Shown piece by piece: positions 62,045-64,000 of a stretch of 64,000 nucleotides of DNA. The stretch lies in sequence record PV764601.1, one strand, 5' to 3'. Position 1 is the first letter of the stretch. Every line of letters starts with the position of its first letter. A program made the position numbers and the translations under genes. Below the pieces are notes generated by a model that saw nothing but the letters and a program-made list of their open reading frames with translations, had not been told where the DNA came from and made no database searches.

Positions 62045-62226
62045 AGCCTTTCCAGTAGAAGGAAGATGCCAGTGTAGCAGGCACCGAAACCAAAGGCGCT
62101 GGCGAAGACAGGAGTGATGCCGGTACGTGCACGACCACGCCATGCACCACGTCCCAGCCACAGGAACACAAACGACAGCAGGACGAATACCACGATGAAG
62201 AGAATGCTGAGTGCGTCCAGGTTCAT
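62041..62226 (-). CDS. small membrane protein
   Basis: Two hydrophobic helices. Confidence 0.6.
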   Translation of the reverse strand: MNLDALSILFIVVFVLLSFVFLWLGRGAWRGRARTGITPVFASAFGFGACYTGIFLLLERL

Positions 62227-62981
62227 GGCTTGTCCCTCTTCGTAGGTACGGGCTTCTTGTGGTTCATCAATGCGTCGATGGCCTCGCGGAACTCAGGCGG
62301 TGGGCAGAAGCCATGATGCTCAATGTAGTGGACCAGCGTTTCCTTCCACGTCACGTTTACCTGACGGCCACGATACCACATGCCCTTGCCGGTACCAACA
62401 TGCAGATAGCGACCGCTGCCCAAGTCTCGGCACTGTGACATAGTGCAACGACTGGTTCCCTTGGTGGTCTCGCGGGAGACACGCAAGCGATCCTTCTCCA
62501 GCTTCTTGATACGGGCCAAGAACGCAAGGCGCACGGTGTTGGATACCCAACAGAGGCCCATCCGATCCTGCTCGGGATCAAGCTCGATCCAGTTTGCACC
62601 TAGGTGCGCGTTGACCTCGTTCTCGGTACCGCAGTCACAGGGCTCACCCGGATCAGCGTCGCACTCACGACACTGTGGTGCCTGTTCGGGAGTCCTACGC
62701 GGGCGTACCCCTGGGGAACGGGCCTGCGGGGCGGGAGCATCATCATCATCATCGGCTTCTTCCTCATCCTCCTCTACCTGCATGCGACGGTAGCCAGAGG
62801 TCAGCACACGCAGCTGCCGTACAAAGTCGTCATCGTCGGTGGACGTGATGGTGACCACGGCGTCACCCGAATGGGCGATGAGGATCAGTTTAGTGCGCGT
62901 CAGTTCAAGGGTAGTGCGCTCCCACCCCGAGGTGCGGAGGAACTCGGTGATGGCTTTGGTGACGGAGTTGGTGACGTTCAT
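62223..62981 (-). CDS. hypothetical protein
   Basis: Acidic linker, CxxC..CDC, C-terminal LVHYIEHH..PPPEF. Confidence 0.7.
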   Translation of the reverse strand: MNVTNSVTKAITEFLRTSGWERTTLELTRTKLILIAHSGDAVVTITSTDDDDFVRQLRVLTSGYRRMQVEEDEEEADDDDDAPAPQARSPGVRPRRTPEQAPQCRECDADPGEPCDCGTENEVNAHLGANWIELDPEQDRMGLCWVSNTVRLAFLARIKKLEKDRLRVSRETTKGTSRCTMSQCRDLGSGRYLHVGTGKGMWYRGRQVNVTWKETLVHYIEHHGFCPPPEFREAIDALMNHKKPVPTKRDKP

Positions 62982-63496
62982 TACTGGTCCTTGTGTTGGC
63001 AGATGCAGTTCGGTCCCACGTGGCAGTCCTCAGTTGGAGGGAAGCGCACTGGCAGCAGGCCCCGATCGTCGGCGCGGTCGATGATGATTTCCACGTCATC
63101 GATGGTTTTGTTTGTGCAGCCGTTCCCGAAGATGCCAGTGATGAGCAGGGTCGGTCGGTTGATGCACAGCCATTGCCAGCGTCGGGCCATTGCCGCCACG
63201 TCTTCCACGTCTTCCTCGGGATACTTGCCTGTCAGGAAGTGGTAGGTCTGCCTGTTGCCTCCTAGTGCAGCCAGCAGCGGATCAGGTTGGTCACTACCCG
63301 TAGATAGGGAGGTCGAGACCTCTCCGTACACTTCGGTTTCGTTGATCGCGTTGGTTAGCAGAGCACGCACGTGACCGGCCGGGTAGTTGAGGGTCAGTAC
63401 GGCACCTATGCTGCGGCCGGAGTCCAGTCGGATGCGGAAGATCGAAGTGACCAGTTCGGATATGGTGTCTTCGTCCAGCAGTTCGGATATCTTCAT
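62981..63496 (-). CDS. hypothetical protein
   Basis: GAGGA SD. Confidence 0.7.
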   Translation of the reverse strand: MKISELLDEDTISELVTSIFRIRLDSGRSIGAVLTLNYPAGHVRALLTNAINETEVYGEVSTSLSTGSDQPDPLLAALGGNRQTYHFLTGKYPEEDVEDVAAMARRWQWLCINRPTLLITGIFGNGCTNKTIDDVEIIIDRADDRGLLPVRFPPTEDCHVGPNCICQHKDQ

Positions 63497-63978
63497 TTGG
63501 CGTCCTCACAGTGGCGGCACGGCTCAACAGTACGGAAGTTCTCGTTGATGACCTTGCCGTCATCGCAGTGCGCGCACGGGTTACGTGCACCTTCCCCACG
63601 CTCGGTCATGGCCACCAGTTCTTGCAGCTGTCCGTACTCGGGTTGGTCGCTCATGTCCAGATGACCTATAGCAAACTTCAACGCCTCCCGGTACTTGGGA
63701 TTGAGAGCGGGTGCTGAATCTTGCGTGTCGCCAATCAGCGCGCGAATGTCGTCAACCGGGCTGCCCTTGTAGTCACGATCAGCTGCCCAACGGTCGGCCA
63801 GCTGACGCAGGGTGTTGACAGGAACCACGCTCGGATCAAGCACGCTGTCGATCAGGTCACGCAGGCGCATCAGGCTACCCCGATCGGTGGGCAGGCGGAA
63901 ACGAGGGCCTTCCGGGTCACCTTCGTAGGCAAACTTTATCGTGTGGGCAATCACGTCTTTCTGGAGGGTGACGATCAC
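63493..63978 (-). CDS. hypothetical protein with C-terminal CxxC/CxxC
   Basis: GTGA coupling; CAHC..CRHC. Confidence 0.65.
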   Translation of the reverse strand: MIVTLQKDVIAHTIKFAYEGDPEGPRFRLPTDRGSLMRLRDLIDSVLDPSVVPVNTLRQLADRWAADRDYKGSPVDDIRALIGDTQDSAPALNPKYREALKFAIGHLDMSDQPEYGQLQELVAMTERGEGARNPCAHCDDGKVINENFRTVEPCRHCEDAK

Positions 63979-64000
63979 AGCCGACTGCTGGTTGTGGGTG

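Noticed and set aside
1-64000. tRNA or rRNA genes
   Set aside because: I recognised no cloverleaf with a T-loop GTTCRA in the short intergenic gaps; tRNAscan-SE would be needed to be certain.

Overview
This 64 kb window looks like part of a large or jumbo dsDNA phage genome. It is densely coded, with many short overlapping hypothetical ORFs. Genes run on the + strand from 1 to 36704 and on the - strand from 36916 to the end, converging at a pair of terminators. Recognisable genes include NAD-dependent DNA ligase, a two-subunit type IIA topoisomerase, primase, class Ia RNR alpha and beta, thioredoxin, a pyrimidine-dimer glycosylase, several nucleotide hydrolases (HAD, Nudix, CYTH, two MazG-like), two HNH nucleases, an acyl carrier protein, a histone-H1-like/poly-acidic protein, a probable divergent sigma factor, an orphan OmpR-type wHTH, a GNAT and a SpeE-like methyltransferase. 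The most striking locus is a phage-encoded ubiquitin-like conjugation cassette at 16252-20128: a beta-grasp Ubl ending in GG, an 892-aa protein with an E2-like HPH...GxLCLG domain and Cys-repeat termini, and a ThiF/E1 enzyme. Three layers of cis-regulatory signals are visible: a three-copy ~145-bp sigma70-type promoter module with phased CTGAACG repeats and terminal inverted repeats, a recurrent strand-specific TGTAAATA promoter octamer, and a TGCCA-N3-TGGCA operator. I recognised no tRNA, rRNA or CRISPR array. All product calls come from motifs read by eye; no database search was run.
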